From Thermodesulfobacteriota bacterium (lineage in GTDB: Bacteria; Desulfobacterota_D; UBA1144; Nemesobacterales; UBA2774): DNA of 64,000 nt. The number at the start of each line of letters is the position of its first letter. The first letter of the stretch is position 1. The stretch covers positions 672,001 through 736,000 of the forward strand of contig OZ244197.1 of assembly GCA_965216785.1 (NCBI GenBank). The letters run 5' to 3'. The notes under the pieces were generated by a model. The model was not told where the DNA came from. It searched no databases and was given only the letters and a program-made list of their open reading frames with translations. Positions 29,885 to 41,776 of the stretch are shown one piece after another. Both the position numbers and the translations under genes were made by a program.

Positions 29885-31714
29885 TTATTCAGACTCCTGC
29901 TTTGCCCGTTTTTCTAATATCGCTCTCTTGGCGGCGTCAAGCTCCATCTTGCGGAGTCTCATGCTAAGAGGGGTAACCTCAACAAGCTCGTCCTCGGCGA
30001 TGAACTCTATTGCCTGATCCAGGGACAGCGGTCTTGGGGGTCTTAAAACCACAGTCGCCTCAGAAGTTGAGCTTCTCATATTGGTGAGCTTCTTTTCTTT
30101 TGTAATATTGACCGTGAGGTCGCCGTTACGGTTCCTTTCACCGATGATCATCCCAGTGTAAACCTGGGTGCCGACGTCTACGAAAAGCTCGCCCCTGTCT
30201 ACCATAGCAAGGCTTGCGTATGTGGTGGTTTTTCCGGGCCGGTCCGACACCAGGGCGCCTGTTGATCTTTGCGGGATCGGTCCGTACCAGGGCTCATATC
30301 CCTCAAAGAGCGTATTCATTACACCAGAGCCTTTTGTATCGATCAGGAACTGGCTTCTGAAGCCAATTAACCCCCTTGAGGTTATTATGAATTCAATGTC
30401 CACTCTTCCGTTGCCGTTATTATGAAGATTCACCATACGCCCTTTTCTCTTGGCTATGTTCTCGGTAATTACTCCTACATACTCCTCGGGTACGTCAATA
30501 AAAATGCGCTCCACAGGCTCGGTAATAGCGCCGTTTTCTTCTTTTGTGATAACCGTGGGCTTTGAGACCATAAACTCATAACCCTCGCGTCTCATCGTTT
30601 CAATGAGAACCGCCATTTGGAGCTCTCCGCGCCCCGCAACTTCAAAAGCATCAGCCCTATCGGTATCTTTTATTTGTATGGCCACGTTCCTTAGCTTTTC
30701 CCTATCTAGTCTTTCCCTAATCTGGCGGGAGGTTAAAAACTTACCCTCTTTCCCCCCGAACGGCCCGCTGTTTACGTAGAAGATCATGGATATCGTAGGC
30801 TCGTCCACTTTTATTCGCTCAAGTGCTACAGGGTTATCGATACTCGTTACCGTATCCCCAATCTGAACGCTGTCCTCGCCGGCAATAGCGATAATGTCTC
30901 CTGCTTCTACTTTGTCTACCTGAGTTTTCTGAAGCCCAGTGTATGTATATAAAACCGAAATTTTTATTGTGGATACCGAGTCCTCTTCCCCACACAGGGC
31001 GTAGCTTCGGTTAGACTCAAGCTCTCCGCTCATCATCCGTCCAATAGCCAGCCTTCCGACGTAGTTATCGTAATCTAAGTTGGTTATGAGAAACTGTGTA
31101 ACGGAGCCGTCCCCCACTTCGGGCCCAGGAATGGAGGAGACTATCTGATCGAAAAGTGGGATTAAATTATCCGATGCGTCGTCAATTTCACTATGCGCCG
31201 CTCCGATTTTCGCATTCGTATATACGATCGGAAACTCTATCTGCTCTTCGTTCGCATCAAGCTCTATAAACAGATCGTAGACTTCGTCTATAACTTCTCC
31301 CGGACGGGCGTCAGGCCTGTCGATCTTGTTGATTACCAGTATGATAGGGAGCTTTTTTTCCAGAGCTTTCTGTACCACGAAACGGGTTTGCGGCAGCGGG
31401 CCTTCGCTTGCGTCGACCAGAAGCAACGCTCCGTCAACCATATTCAAGCTCCGCTCTACTTCCCCTCCGAAATCCGCGTGGCCGGGGGTATCGACTATAT
31501 TAATTTTGATGTCCTTATATAGTACCGCTGTATTTTTCGCAGTAATAGTAATTCCACGCTCTTTCTCAAGGTCCATCGAGTCCATAACCCTTTCTTCCAC
31601 CTGCTGGTGCTCGTGGAACACTCCGCTTTGGTTTAGCATAGCATCAACCAGAGTTGTCTTGCCATGATCTACGTGCGCGATTATCGCTATATTTCTTAAA
31701 TTATCCTTTCGCAT
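29885..31714 (-). CDS. typA: Translational GTPase TypA/BipA
   Basis: [37 protein letters not shown]. Confidence 0.97.
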   Translation of the reverse strand: MRKDNLRNIAIIAHVDHGKTTLVDAMLNQSGVFHEHQQVEERVMDSMDLEKERGITITAKNTAVLYKDIKINIVDTPGHADFGGEVERSLNMVDGALLLVDASEGPLPQTRFVVQKALEKKLPIILVINKIDRPDARPGEVIDEVYDLFIELDANEEQIEFPIVYTNAKIGAAHSEIDDASDNLIPLFDQIVSSIPGPEVGDGSVTQFLITNLDYDNYVGRLAIGRMMSGELESNRSYALCGEEDSVSTIKISVLYTYTGLQKTQVDKVEAGDIIAIAGEDSVQIGDTVTSIDNPVALERIKVDEPTISMIFYVNSGPFGGKEGKFLTSRQIRERLDREKLRNVAIQIKDTDRADAFEVAGRGELQMAVLIETMRREGYEFMVSKPTVITKEENGAITEPVERIFIDVPEEYVGVITENIAKRKGRMVNLHNNGNGRVDIEFIITSRGLIGFRSQFLIDTKGSGVMNTLFEGYEPWYGPIPQRSTGALVSDRPGKTTTYASLAMVDRGELFVDVGTQVYTGMIIGERNRNGDLTVNITKEKKLTNMRSSTSEATVVLRPPRPLSLDQAIEFIAEDELVEVTPLSMRLRKMELDAAKRAILEKRAKQESE

Positions 31715-31982
31715 ATAAAAATCTATCTCCTGAGAACTATGAGTTACTAAGTTTGAAACGCTTAATCATATATGATAATAGAGAATGTAAAACCCTTTCT
31801 TGAAACTTATGTCCCAACCTTTTTACTAGCAATGTAAAATTACACCCTGTTTATTTTCTAAAGAGCCGCTTCACAGACGGTTAATTGTTTAACTACACTT
31901 TTATTGACTGGACTAAAGTTTTAGGGCAAACTCAAACTAAAGTCTCATTGTTAATTCTAGATTATGCGGATAATATCATAAT

Positions 31983-32402
31983 ATGAATTCTTCCCCGACG
32001 ATGAAAGAAGACAGTAAGACAGAGAGGGTTACAACGCGCTCCGAGATCACGTATATCACGAGAAGGCAGTCATTAAGAATACCTTTCAATATGAGGATCA
32101 AATACGGCCTGATCAGAAACGATATTTATAAAGAGCACTCAGAGCCCAGGTTGGGCGGATTCGCAATAAACCTCTCACAGGACGGTATTGGAATTGAAGG
32201 TCTCAGGGGACTACCTCCGGATTCTAAAATAAGGGCCAGTCTGTTTACGGGCGATTCGACTTTGAAATTTGAAGGAAAAATAAAGTGGTCGGACATGAAT
32301 AATAAAGATAAATGTAAAATGGGGATAGAATTTACCGGACGGTCCGACAAAATTAAGGAAATGTACACAAGAACACTGTTTAAAAACCGCTTCGGCCTCT
32401 AA
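31983..32402 (+). CDS. PilZ-domain protein (c-di-GMP receptor)
   Basis: RQSLR (RxxxR), NLSQDG (D/NxSxxG), MGIEF. Confidence 0.8.
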   Translation: MNSSPTMKEDSKTERVTTRSEITYITRRQSLRIPFNMRIKYGLIRNDIYKEHSEPRLGGFAINLSQDGIGIEGLRGLPPDSKIRASLFTGDSTLKFEGKIKWSDMNNKDKCKMGIEFTGRSDKIKEMYTRTLFKNRFGL

Positions 32403-32444
32403 CCAAAGGGGCTAAACATTTGTTTACCTTTAACCGGCAACACG

Positions 32445-34148
32445 TCAAACGCTGTTACTAATATTCGTAAGCTTATCCTTTATATCGTTAACTCTGCCAA
32501 GAGACTCTGTAAGCTTACCCTTTTCCATTTGATAAAAATTCCTGAGCGGGACGAGAGAGTCTAATACCTGCATTTTAATACCGTCTAAATCACGCTCGAG
32601 CTGTGAACTCACACTTGTGGTAATCTCCTCGATCAGCGCGTCGACTTTGGTACTGAACTCCTTCATAGCGTCCCTTCTTTTCTTAGGAAGTATTGCAAAA
32701 GCGGTGGCCATCAGCGCCAGGGTGGCCAAAATGCCCGTGACATCCACTATGATTGATGAAAAAGCAGTCACGACAGCTGCGCCGAGGGCAAGCGTTCCCG
32801 CTTGCACACCGAGAACCGAAGCCACTGCCCCTCTTGCGGAGTCTACAAGGTTGCCCCCCAGGAGCGCCGGGTCAATCTCTTTTCTTTTTTTCTCAAGCTC
32901 AGCCCGTACCGTATCTATGAGTCTGGTTCTGTCGTAAGTAAAAGCCGTTCCCGGTGACGAGGATTCGGGTCTTATCGATTCATTATAGAATTCAAGGGCG
33001 CTGTCCAGTAGAGTCCTTGCGGAGCGTTCGGTCCACATTACCATAGCGTCTAGGTCCTTTTCGAGCTCTTCTACTGTCTGGCGGGACACACGGTATTCGA
33101 ATTCCTTAGCGACTTTGGATTTACTCACGAGCTTAAAAATGTTTGAGAACCGGATGAGGTCGTCAATATACTCAATTCCCCTGGTCTTAAACTCGAGGAG
33201 CCTGCTTCTTATTCTCTCTGTAAACTGAGCCGAGTTCCCCACGATTTCATTTCTCATACCTACAAGCTTGGTCTCATACTCACCGAGGCGGGCCTCATCG
33301 TGGGAAATCTTGTCTATGTCCACTTTAAGCGCATCCTCAGTCTCAGAAGATAAACTGGCAGCGAATTGAGAGGTGCTCTTTATTTTCATTTTAATACGCT
33401 CTTCTTCTCCGAGCGTATTGAATATGTAGCTCTCTAGCTCCTTAAACCCGCTCTTTTGATAAAGCGCCTCGTCAGAGGTAGCGCGCGCCTCACGCGCGAG
33501 CTTAGCGGAAACCGGGATCAGCTGCGGCTCGAAATTGAAATTGCGCTCAAGCTCGCCCCTGGTATGACGTATCAGCGCGTCCAGCTCTTCAGTATCTTTA
33601 GCAATATCCGTCTTGTTCAGTAAAAAGACGATGTTCTTAAGCCAATCCTCTTTTATGAACTCGATGAGCTTTGCCTCGCTGCCCGTAACGGCGCGCTCGG
33701 CGCCTATGGTGAAAAACACTATGTCTGCCCTGGGAATAAAATCCTGAGTGAGTTTTTCATGCTGCTCCAGTGTCACGTTGGTCCCGGGAGTATCCACAAT
33801 GTATATACCCTTTAGCCTTTCCTGGGTGAGCGGGATATGACGGGTACCGTCATGCGCTTCCTGCCCACCCGCGTCCCCGTACTTCAGGATCGTGATTTCA
33901 TCGGTTGTGGGAGTAATGCCCTCTGCAAGAATTTCTTCGCCCAAAAGTGCGTTTATGATAGAGGACTTCCCTGTACTGAACTCTCCGATAAATACGATTG
34001 AAAATAAATTCTCAAGGTTTTCCTTTACCGTGAGAAGCTTTTTGAGCAGCGCTTCACTCGACAGCTCTTTGATTTCGACCTCTAGGGATTGAAGGAGGAG
34101 CTTTTCTTCGAGAACAATATCGGAATACTTTTTATCTAGTAATTGCAT
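32445..34148 (-). CDS. Bacterial dynamin-like GTPase (FZL-like)
   Basis: GEFSTGKS, PTT, DTPGTN, NKTD, coiled coils and a hydrophobic paddle near the C-terminus. Confidence 0.88.
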   Translation of the reverse strand: MQLLDKKYSDIVLEEKLLLQSLEVEIKELSSEALLKKLLTVKENLENLFSIVFIGEFSTGKSSIINALLGEEILAEGITPTTDEITILKYGDAGGQEAHDGTRHIPLTQERLKGIYIVDTPGTNVTLEQHEKLTQDFIPRADIVFFTIGAERAVTGSEAKLIEFIKEDWLKNIVFLLNKTDIAKDTEELDALIRHTRGELERNFNFEPQLIPVSAKLAREARATSDEALYQKSGFKELESYIFNTLGEEERIKMKIKSTSQFAASLSSETEDALKVDIDKISHDEARLGEYETKLVGMRNEIVGNSAQFTERIRSRLLEFKTRGIEYIDDLIRFSNIFKLVSKSKVAKEFEYRVSRQTVEELEKDLDAMVMWTERSARTLLDSALEFYNESIRPESSSPGTAFTYDRTRLIDTVRAELEKKRKEIDPALLGGNLVDSARGAVASVLGVQAGTLALGAAVVTAFSSIIVDVTGILATLALMATAFAILPKKRRDAMKEFSTKVDALIEEITTSVSSQLERDLDGIKMQVLDSLVPLRNFYQMEKGKLTESLGRVNDIKDKLTNISNSV

Positions 34149-34266
34149 GGATAATCCTAAGCTAAATTATAACCAAGAAAGGATATTATGAATATTACGG
34201 CGCAATTTAAAGCAGTCAAATAAACTCCTACATTGAAAGTTGTATCGTATATACTTAGAGATCACT

Positions 34267-36504
34267 ATGCCAAACAACTTAAACATCCAACCGGAGCTTA
34301 GGGCGAAATATATAATAGCTGGTATTCTAACTTTACTGTTTCTATTATGCCTGTATGACACCTCTTTAAGCTCGGCAAAAGAAGGAGCAGATGCCACTAA
34401 CATGAAAAAGCAAAACAGACTAAAAGACGAAAAGAGCCCATATCTGCTTCAGCACGCTGATAACCCCGTTGATTGGTACCCATGGGGGGACGAGGCCTTT
34501 GAGAAAGCCCGTAAGGAGCAAAAACCGATCTTGCTATCTATCGGATACTCGACCTGCCACTGGTGTCACGTGATGGAGCATGAGTCGTTTGAAGATGAGG
34601 AAGTGGCAAAGCTGATGAACGAAACTTTTATCTCGATAAAAGTAGACCGCGAGGAAAGACCTGACATTGACAATATCTACATGACGGTATGCCAGATGCT
34701 CTCAAAGGGCGGCTGCGGCTGGCCCTTGAACGTGTTTATGACACCAGACAAGAAACCTTTTTTCGCGGCCACTTACATCCCCAAGGAAACAAGGTTCGGG
34801 AGGGCCGGAATGCTTGACCTCGTGCCGAGAATAAAAGAGCTGTGGGAAAACGACAGAGAAAAGGTGCTTGAGTCTGCGGAGAATATTACAGAAGCTGTTA
34901 TAAAAGCGACCGATGCAACAGAGAGTGGTGAGAGTGAAGACCTGACAGTCTCCACACTGGGAGCCGGATACAATCAGCTCCTTGGAAGATACGATGAGAA
35001 AAACGGGGGTTTTGGAAGCTCCCCTAAGTTTCCAACACCGCACAACCAGCTCTACCTGCTTAGATATTGGAAGCGTACCGGGGACGAGCAGGCACTTGAA
35101 ATGGTAGAGAAAACTCTAGAGCAAATGCGCCGGGGCGGAGTTTATGACCATGTGGGTTTCGGATTTCACCGCTACTCGACTGATCCCGAATGGCTTTTGC
35201 CTCACTTTGAGAAAATGCTCTATGACCAGGCGATGATTGCTATGGCGTACATAGAGGCTTATCAGGCAACTGGCAACAAAGAATACGCAGAAACAGCGCG
35301 TGAAATATTTAGCTACGTAATGAGAGATATGACATCTGAAGAGGGCGGGTTTTATTCAGCGGAAGACGCCGACAGCGAAGGTGAGGAAGGGAAATTCTAT
35401 GTATGGGAAGAGGAAGAGATAGTAGAGGTACTCGGGAAAGAAGACGCTGAGTTGATAATAGGGACTTTTAACGTAACCAAGACCGGAAACTTCAGCGACG
35501 AAGCGTCCGGCAAAAAAACAGGCGCGAACATACTGCATCTTAAAAAACCGATGGCTGAGATCGCGGCTTCATACGACATGAGTGCGCAAGAGTTTAGCAA
35601 GAGAATTCAGACCTTAAGAGAAAAATTATTCAATGTACGTGAAAAGAGGGTACACCCACATAAGGATGATAAGATTCTAACCGATTGGAACGGCCTTATG
35701 ATAGCGTCGATGGCCAAGGGCGGAAGAGTGACGGGCGAGTCTCAATACACTGAGGCAGCGAAAAAGGCCGCGGACTTTATATTGAGCGACATGCGCAAGA
35801 GTGACGGCACGCTCCTTCATAGATATAGGGACGGTGAAGCCGGGATTGACAGTAATATTGACGACTATTCATTTTTTATCTGGGGGCTTCTTGAGCTTTA
35901 TGAATCGACATTCGACATTAAGTATCTTCAGGCTGCTATCGAGCTTCAGAATGAGATGATTGAGCATTTCTGGGACGAAAAAAACTCAGGATTTTATTTT
36001 ACTTCCGACAGCGCCGAAGAGCTCATAGCCCGCCAAAAAGAGATATATGACGGCGCTATCCCCTCGGGGAATTCAGTCGCTATGCTGAATCTTCTAAAAA
36101 TCGGGAGGATCACGGGTAACGCTGAGTTTGATAAAAAAGCGGCAGAGCTCTCAAGCGCTTTTTCAAACACCATTGCACAAGCCCCAATGGCATACACGCA
36201 GTTCCTATGCGGCCTTGATTTCGGTATCGGCCCCTCATATGAAGTGGTCGTGGTAGGCGATCCCGAAAAAGAGGATACGAAGACAATGCTTAGGGCTCTG
36301 AGTCAAGACTACTCGCCTAATAAGGTTGTCCTACTGAAAGGACCTGGGAGCGAATCTGAAATTACTTCGATCGCTGAATTCACAAAAGGTCAGGCTCAAA
36401 AAGACGAGAAAGCTACAGCTTATGTGTGTCTAGATTACGTTTGCAAGCTCCCTACAACGGACGTGGATAAAATGCTCGAGCTATTGGCGGAGGATAAATC
36501 TTGA
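34267..36504 (+). CDS. Thioredoxin-domain protein, YyaL/SSP411 (DUF255) family
   Basis: [42 protein letters not shown]. Start 34267 or 34402. Confidence 0.9.
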   Translation: MPNNLNIQPELRAKYIIAGILTLLFLLCLYDTSLSSAKEGADATNMKKQNRLKDEKSPYLLQHADNPVDWYPWGDEAFEKARKEQKPILLSIGYSTCHWCHVMEHESFEDEEVAKLMNETFISIKVDREERPDIDNIYMTVCQMLSKGGCGWPLNVFMTPDKKPFFAATYIPKETRFGRAGMLDLVPRIKELWENDREKVLESAENITEAVIKATDATESGESEDLTVSTLGAGYNQLLGRYDEKNGGFGSSPKFPTPHNQLYLLRYWKRTGDEQALEMVEKTLEQMRRGGVYDHVGFGFHRYSTDPEWLLPHFEKMLYDQAMIAMAYIEAYQATGNKEYAETAREIFSYVMRDMTSEEGGFYSAEDADSEGEEGKFYVWEEEEIVEVLGKEDAELIIGTFNVTKTGNFSDEASGKKTGANILHLKKPMAEIAASYDMSAQEFSKRIQTLREKLFNVREKRVHPHKDDKILTDWNGLMIASMAKGGRVTGESQYTEAAKKAADFILSDMRKSDGTLLHRYRDGEAGIDSNIDDYSFFIWGLLELYESTFDIKYLQAAIELQNEMIEHFWDEKNSGFYFTSDSAEELIARQKEIYDGAIPSGNSVAMLNLLKIGRITGNAEFDKKAAELSSAFSNTIAQAPMAYTQFLCGLDFGIGPSYEVVVVGDPEKEDTKTMLRALSQDYSPNKVVLLKGPGSESEITSIAEFTKGQAQKDEKATAYVCLDYVCKLPTTDVDKMLELLAEDKS

Positions 36505-36674
36505 GTGGATTATAGGACATAGGGAAATTGTGAATGCTTATTGCTTTTCACATACATAGTCTTATAATGTTGCTAAGAGCAGGAATCTGAACTGCCGTTT
36601 ACATTTAAGCATTTGTATCGCATAAGAAAATTTATTGGCTATACTATAAATGACTTAATTTTTCAGGGAGGAAA

Positions 36675-36845
36675 ATGAGCGTGGCAAGAAAAGGGCGTAA
36701 AAAAATAAAAGATCTCGTCGATATGCTCGAGGATCCGGAAAACTCAGGTTATATAGGCGGAGATTACGAAGATATGATGGAGCTTTTAGAGCAGGAACTC
36801 AACGACTCTGATGATGATGAACAGGATCAGGAAGTAGTGGAATAA
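36675..36845 (+). CDS. 56-aa small protein, basic N-terminus and acidic C-terminus (absent from the ORF track)
   Basis: GGAGG SD, ATG 36675: [56 protein letters not shown]. Confidence 0.65.
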   Translation: MSVARKGRKKIKDLVDMLEDPENSGYIGGDYEDMMELLEQELNDSDDDEQDQEVVE

Positions 36846-38740
36846 ACCCCCTCTTGTGTTTTAATACTATCCCTTTTTAGATACACCATGAGAACAGAAA
36901 CCGCGGCGGGCGTAATGCCGGATACCCGGCTTGCTTGACCTAGAGAGTCCGGGCGGACGTCCGAGAGCTTTTGGACTATCTCTCTTGAAAGCCCCGGTAT
37001 ATCCTCATAGGAGAAACTCTCGGGGATTCTCAGATTCTCGAGCTTCTTAAACTTGTCTATCTGCTCCTTTTGCCTCTTTATGTATCCCTCGTATTTAGCA
37101 TCCATCTCGATTTGAGAAATTACGTCATCTAATATATCCTGGGGCATCGAAGCCTGTTCTATTGAGCCAAGGTCACGGTAAGAAATTTCAGGGCGCCTTA
37201 GTATCTCTTTTAAGCTCTGAGGCTTTTTAAGCGCGGATGAGCCGAGCTCCTCTAAAACACGGTTTATTTGTGGTCCGGGAGTTAGTTTTGTTATCTCCAA
37301 TCTGCTAAGCTCTTCTCTGATGCTATTCTTTTTATCGAGAAATTTGCCGAGCTCTTCATCGGTGTGAAGCCCAAGAGCGTATCCTTTCTCGTATAACCTC
37401 ATATCGGCATTGTCTTCTCTTAAAAGCAGCCTGTACTCTGCTCGTGAGGTAAACATACGGTAAGGCTCGTCCACTCCCTTGGTAACGAGATCGTCGATTA
37501 ATATGCCTATATAGGCCTCTGAGCGGTCAAGTACGAGAGGCGGCTCGCCCTTTACACGAAGAGCTGCGTTAATACCGGCTATGAGTCCTTGGCTTGCGGC
37601 CTCTTCATAGCCCGTCGTGCCGTTTATCTGACCCGCGAAATAGAGATTATCCACAAGTTTTGTCTCAAGTGTGGGCTTTAACCCTGTTGGGTCAACGTAG
37701 TCATATTCGACAGCATAGCCCGGGCGCATTATCTCTACCTCATTCAGCCCCTCTATTGTCCTCGCTATCTCGTACTGGACCTCGAGCGGGAGGCTTGTCG
37801 ATATGCCGTTTGGGTAAATCTCATATGTACTAACGCCTTCGGGCTCTAAAAATATCTGATGCCTGTTCTTATCTGGAAACTTTACTACCTTGTCTTCAAT
37901 CGAAGGGCAGTACCTTGGACCAACGCCCTGAATTTCTCCTGAATAAAGAGGGGATTTGTCCAGGTTATCGCGAATTACCTTGTGGGTGTTTTCATTTGTG
38001 TATGTGATGTAGCATGGAAGCTGAGTGAGCTCTGGTGAAGAATTTGAAAAAGAAAAAGGTTTTGGAAACTCATCTCCCGGCTGAAGCTCTAGCATATCCC
38101 ACTTTATAGTCCTGCCGTCAAAACGGGGAGGAGTACCGGTCTTTAACCTGCCCACATTAAAACCGAGTGATCCGAATGAGTCGGATATACCCAATGCCGC
38201 GGCTTCTCCCGCTCTTCCGGAAGATATCTTGGTGCGTCCGATATGTATAAGACCGTTAGGGAAAGTACCCGGTGTAACCACGACAGTATGGGAGTAAAAA
38301 TGCTCCCCGAGTGTCGTCTTTACCCCTAACACTTTCCCTCCTTCAACCAAGAACCCTTCGGCCATCCTTTGCTTAATATCAATATTGCTCTCTGACTCGA
38401 GTTTTTCCTTCATGTAGGCTCTGTAAGCTTGCCTGTCTGCCTGTATACGGGTTGCCTGTACGGCAGCGCCCTTGCGCGTATTAAGCCTTCTGAACTGTAT
38501 CGCCGCGTGATCGGCAGCCTTTCCCATCTCACCACCGAGAGCATCCACTTCCTTTACCAGATGACCTTTACCGACGCCGCCTATAGACGGATTGCACGAC
38601 ATTAGACCTATGGTATCGATATTTGCCGTCAGCACCAGGGTCTTAAGACCCATTCTCGCCGGCGCAAGAGCTGCCTCGCACCCTGCGTGGCCCGCGCCTA
38701 TTACGATCACGTCGTAAACTTTTCTGTTACTCTTATCCAT
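36827..38740 (-). CDS. mnmG: tRNA uridine 5-carboxymethylaminomethyl modification enzyme
   Basis: [56 protein letters not shown]. Confidence 0.97.
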   Translation of the reverse strand: MDKSNRKVYDVIVIGAGHAGCEAALAPARMGLKTLVLTANIDTIGLMSCNPSIGGVGKGHLVKEVDALGGEMGKAADHAAIQFRRLNTRKGAAVQATRIQADRQAYRAYMKEKLESESNIDIKQRMAEGFLVEGGKVLGVKTTLGEHFYSHTVVVTPGTFPNGLIHIGRTKISSGRAGEAAALGISDSFGSLGFNVGRLKTGTPPRFDGRTIKWDMLELQPGDEFPKPFSFSNSSPELTQLPCYITYTNENTHKVIRDNLDKSPLYSGEIQGVGPRYCPSIEDKVVKFPDKNRHQIFLEPEGVSTYEIYPNGISTSLPLEVQYEIARTIEGLNEVEIMRPGYAVEYDYVDPTGLKPTLETKLVDNLYFAGQINGTTGYEEAASQGLIAGINAALRVKGEPPLVLDRSEAYIGILIDDLVTKGVDEPYRMFTSRAEYRLLLREDNADMRLYEKGYALGLHTDEELGKFLDKKNSIREELSRLEITKLTPGPQINRVLEELGSSALKKPQSLKEILRRPEISYRDLGSIEQASMPQDILDDVISQIEMDAKYEGYIKRQKEQIDKFKKLENLRIPESFSYEDIPGLSREIVQKLSDVRPDSLGQASRVSGITPAAVSVLMVYLKRDSIKTQEGVYSTTS

Positions 38741-38874
38741 TATCTAATATCTCACCATGAAAAAATCATATGAATTGTAAAGTTATAAGTGCCTTGCGTC
38801 AATGAATAGTTTTGGTATTGAACCTACTTAGATGGTAAACTGGTTTTCCATTCTATTAGGGAGAATATTAAATA

Positions 38875-39210
38875 GTGCCTACGACCAGAGACATATTCGA
38901 GAAGGTGGATAGAAAACTCAGGGAGCGCTCGCATGAGTTTTCGGAGCTTAGCGCCGTATATAAATTCATACTTAAAGGCCCTGACGGCGGAACATGGATA
39001 GTAGATTTGAGGCAGGAGAGCTACGGTGTAAGAGAGGCTGAAGAAGAGGCGCAGTGTACGTTTAAAGCAAGCGATCAGAACTTTATTAACCTTGTTACAG
39101 GTAAGCTTCGCCCTGAGAGCGCGCTGCTTACTGGTAAGATTAAACTTGCGGGAGACATCGGGCTGGCGATGAAGTTCGGGGAATTAATAAAGGGTTCGTC
39201 TTCGGGTTAA
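38875..39210 (+). CDS. SCP2 sterol/lipid-binding domain protein
   Basis: GGTWIVDL, LTGKIKLAGDIGLAMK. Confidence 0.85.
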   Translation: MPTTRDIFEKVDRKLRERSHEFSELSAVYKFILKGPDGGTWIVDLRQESYGVREAEEEAQCTFKASDQNFINLVTGKLRPESALLTGKIKLAGDIGLAMKFGELIKGSSSG

Positions 39211-39266
39211 AGATATAACTCTATTTCTTGATTGGGATTAACCGTAATTTCAAATGAGACTAGGAA

Positions 39267-40136
39267 TTAATAACCATACGCTTTTAAAATCTCAGCATTA
39301 TCCTTTGTAAACGCCTCAAGCTCCGGCTTGTTACGATAAGCGTATGCGCGGCTTTTATTTATATCTTGTGTAAGTTCTAGTATATGCTCTGGACTTGCAT
39401 CCAATCCCACAAATTCGGACAATTTCTCGACAGTGCCTCTGGGCTCATACAGAAAATCCTCATACTTTATCTGAATCGCTCGCTCGCCAAGCCCTTCAAC
39501 GTGCGACCGGGCTTCCTCCATATACTCCTGCCACATCACTAGACCCTCTTGAGGCGAAGCACCTCTTAAGTCTATGAAGACTCTTTTACCCGGTATGAAC
39601 TTCTGCATCAGATAGTACCAGTAAAGACCTCTCCAGCTCCTGTGTTTTTCACTTAAGCGCAAGAGCCCTCTTTTTCTTCGAGTGCTCAGGCTATTTACTA
39701 TATCCATCGGGTGACGGTAAATATGAATTACTTTAGCGTTAGGGAATATATCGAGCCAAAAAGGCAGGGTGAAGGTGTTACGGGGATCTTTCCATCCCCA
39801 CGGTAAATCTAGGTTGGCAGGGGTTCTTAAAGTTAAATACTTACTCAGTCCAAGGTATGAAATCGCTTTATGGCTCTTCATCGTGAAAGTGATAAATTCG
39901 GCAAAGAGTTTGCGCGCCTCACCGTCCTGCAGCAGATATTTAATTGCGCCCGGGTTCTCTAAGCCCCCGCTGCACTGTGCGAGCAGCCAATCGTTTATCT
40001 CACGGAAGAATATTGCTTCATGGTTATTCGTCAACCTACTTCCGCAAAACAGTCCCAGAGACCCGAGCATCCTTGTGAGCATACTCGTGCCGGAACGGCT
40101 CATTCCAATTATTATGACAGGGGGTGAAGACTTCAT
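39267..40136 (-). CDS. Sulfotransferase family protein
   Basis: 5'-PSB loop GMSRSGTSML, WGWKDP, IHIYRHPMD, IKYEDF. Confidence 0.88.
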   Translation of the reverse strand: MKSSPPVIIIGMSRSGTSMLTRMLGSLGLFCGSRLTNNHEAIFFREINDWLLAQCSGGLENPGAIKYLLQDGEARKLFAEFITFTMKSHKAISYLGLSKYLTLRTPANLDLPWGWKDPRNTFTLPFWLDIFPNAKVIHIYRHPMDIVNSLSTRRKRGLLRLSEKHRSWRGLYWYYLMQKFIPGKRVFIDLRGASPQEGLVMWQEYMEEARSHVEGLGERAIQIKYEDFLYEPRGTVEKLSEFVGLDASPEHILELTQDINKSRAYAYRNKPELEAFTKDNAEILKAYGY

Positions 40137-40281
40137 TGCTATATCCTGAAATTACACTATATCGCTGGGAATGACAATGCCGAATATGGCAAAGCTCCGC
40201 AACAGGATTGAGATGTTATAAATGTTGATGGAATTGAAGCTAAGGCAGCCAAACAGCCCTTGGAGCGCTAAACGCCCCCCT

Positions 40282-41487
40282 TTATCTGGCTAAGAAACTT
40301 CTTAGAACATCACCCATATCGGATGCAGCCAGCTTCTCAAGAGCTCTTTTTTCAATCTGCCTAATACGCTCCCTTGTGAGGTCAAACCTTCTTCCAATCT
40401 CATCGAGCGTGTAAGTGCTGTCCTGGTCTATACCGAAGCGTAGCCTTATTATCTCTTCCTCTCTCGGGGTCAGCACGTTCAGCGCATCTCTGATTTCATG
40501 AGTAAGCGCAGTCGTGGCCATAACCGAATCGGGAGCGGGTGAGCTATCATCGGAAATGAAATCCAGAAGAGTTGTCTTCTCTCCGTCTAAAATAGGCGTA
40601 TCGAGCCTGGCAGCGTCGTTGGTCGACTCAAGTATCCTCTTCACTCCCTCAACCGAAATGCCCGCAACCTCGGCTACTTCATCCGGCAGGGGCTTTCTTC
40701 CCATTTCCTTATGTAGTAAAGAGCTTATTCTGTAGACTTTGCTTGCCTGCTCGAGAACATACACCGGGACTCGAATGGTGCGTGTCTGATCCAACAGCGC
40801 CCTTGAAATCGCCTGGTGTATCCACCACGAAGCATAGGTGGAAAACTTGTAGCCCTTAGTATGGTCGAACCTTTCGACCGCTCTCATAAGACCGACATTC
40901 CCTTCCTGGATTAGATCCGTTAACGGAAGCCCGCGGCCCATGTAGCGTTTCGATATACTCACTACTAGTCTTAAATTGGCTTTTACAAATCTTTCTTTAA
41001 GCTCTGCAGCACGTCTTGAAAATACACCTATAAAAGTGCTCAGGCTGTCTATTCTTTTTGTTAAGTCTTTTTCACTGACGCGGTTTTTAATATTTCCGTT
41101 TTTATTCCTTTTAATAAGGCTTTCTCTTCTCTTATTCAACTTATCAACATGTATGGTAAACGCAAAAGACTTAGCCTCGCACTTCTTTATCTGAGCAGAG
41201 ACTTCCACCTCTTCCTTCGCAGTTAACAGAGACTCGATAGCCATGTCCTTAAAATACACATAAAGAAGCCTGAACTGTTCATCAGGCGTCCATTCCTCTT
41301 CTTGGTTAGTCTCTTTAGGCAAATTGGCTTCGACCTCGAAACCGAAATCGGAGTCGTCACTATCGATCGCTACATCACCACCCAAACCAATTGACGAATA
41401 GGACTCGTTATCCTGTGAATCGAAATTCTCCATAGTCTCCATATCGGAGCTTACCTGCTGAACATCTCTGTATTTTCCTGACTTCAT
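40282..41487 (-). CDS. Sigma-70 family RNA polymerase sigma factor (RpoD/RpoS-like, probably non-primary)
   Basis: ANLRLVVSISKRY, DLIQEGNVGL, KFSTYASWWI, TRERIRQIE. Confidence 0.92.
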   Translation of the reverse strand: MKSGKYRDVQQVSSDMETMENFDSQDNESYSSIGLGGDVAIDSDDSDFGFEVEANLPKETNQEEEWTPDEQFRLLYVYFKDMAIESLLTAKEEVEVSAQIKKCEAKSFAFTIHVDKLNKRRESLIKRNKNGNIKNRVSEKDLTKRIDSLSTFIGVFSRRAAELKERFVKANLRLVVSISKRYMGRGLPLTDLIQEGNVGLMRAVERFDHTKGYKFSTYASWWIHQAISRALLDQTRTIRVPVYVLEQASKVYRISSLLHKEMGRKPLPDEVAEVAGISVEGVKRILESTNDAARLDTPILDGEKTTLLDFISDDSSPAPDSVMATTALTHEIRDALNVLTPREEEIIRLRFGIDQDSTYTLDEIGRRFDLTRERIRQIEKRALEKLAASDMGDVLRSFLAR

Positions 41488-41776
41488 TCTCGCACCTTCT
41501 ATTCCAAAGAATAATTTTCTTGAGATTAATTGTACTGCAATTTTTCAAAATATGTATTAAATTAGCTCACACCCATCACATAAAAAGCAAAATCTGCAGA
41601 ACAACCTTATTACTATACGGCTTAGATATCAAAAAGTCAAGTACTTTTGTTCGCAGATGCAAAAAAACGGCTGTTTCTTAAAATTTGCAGTAATTACAAG
41701 CAATAACAAGGGGAAAACAATGTATATTTACGCATTAGCTAACAAAAAATACGAGATATTGCACACTTAAACATTT

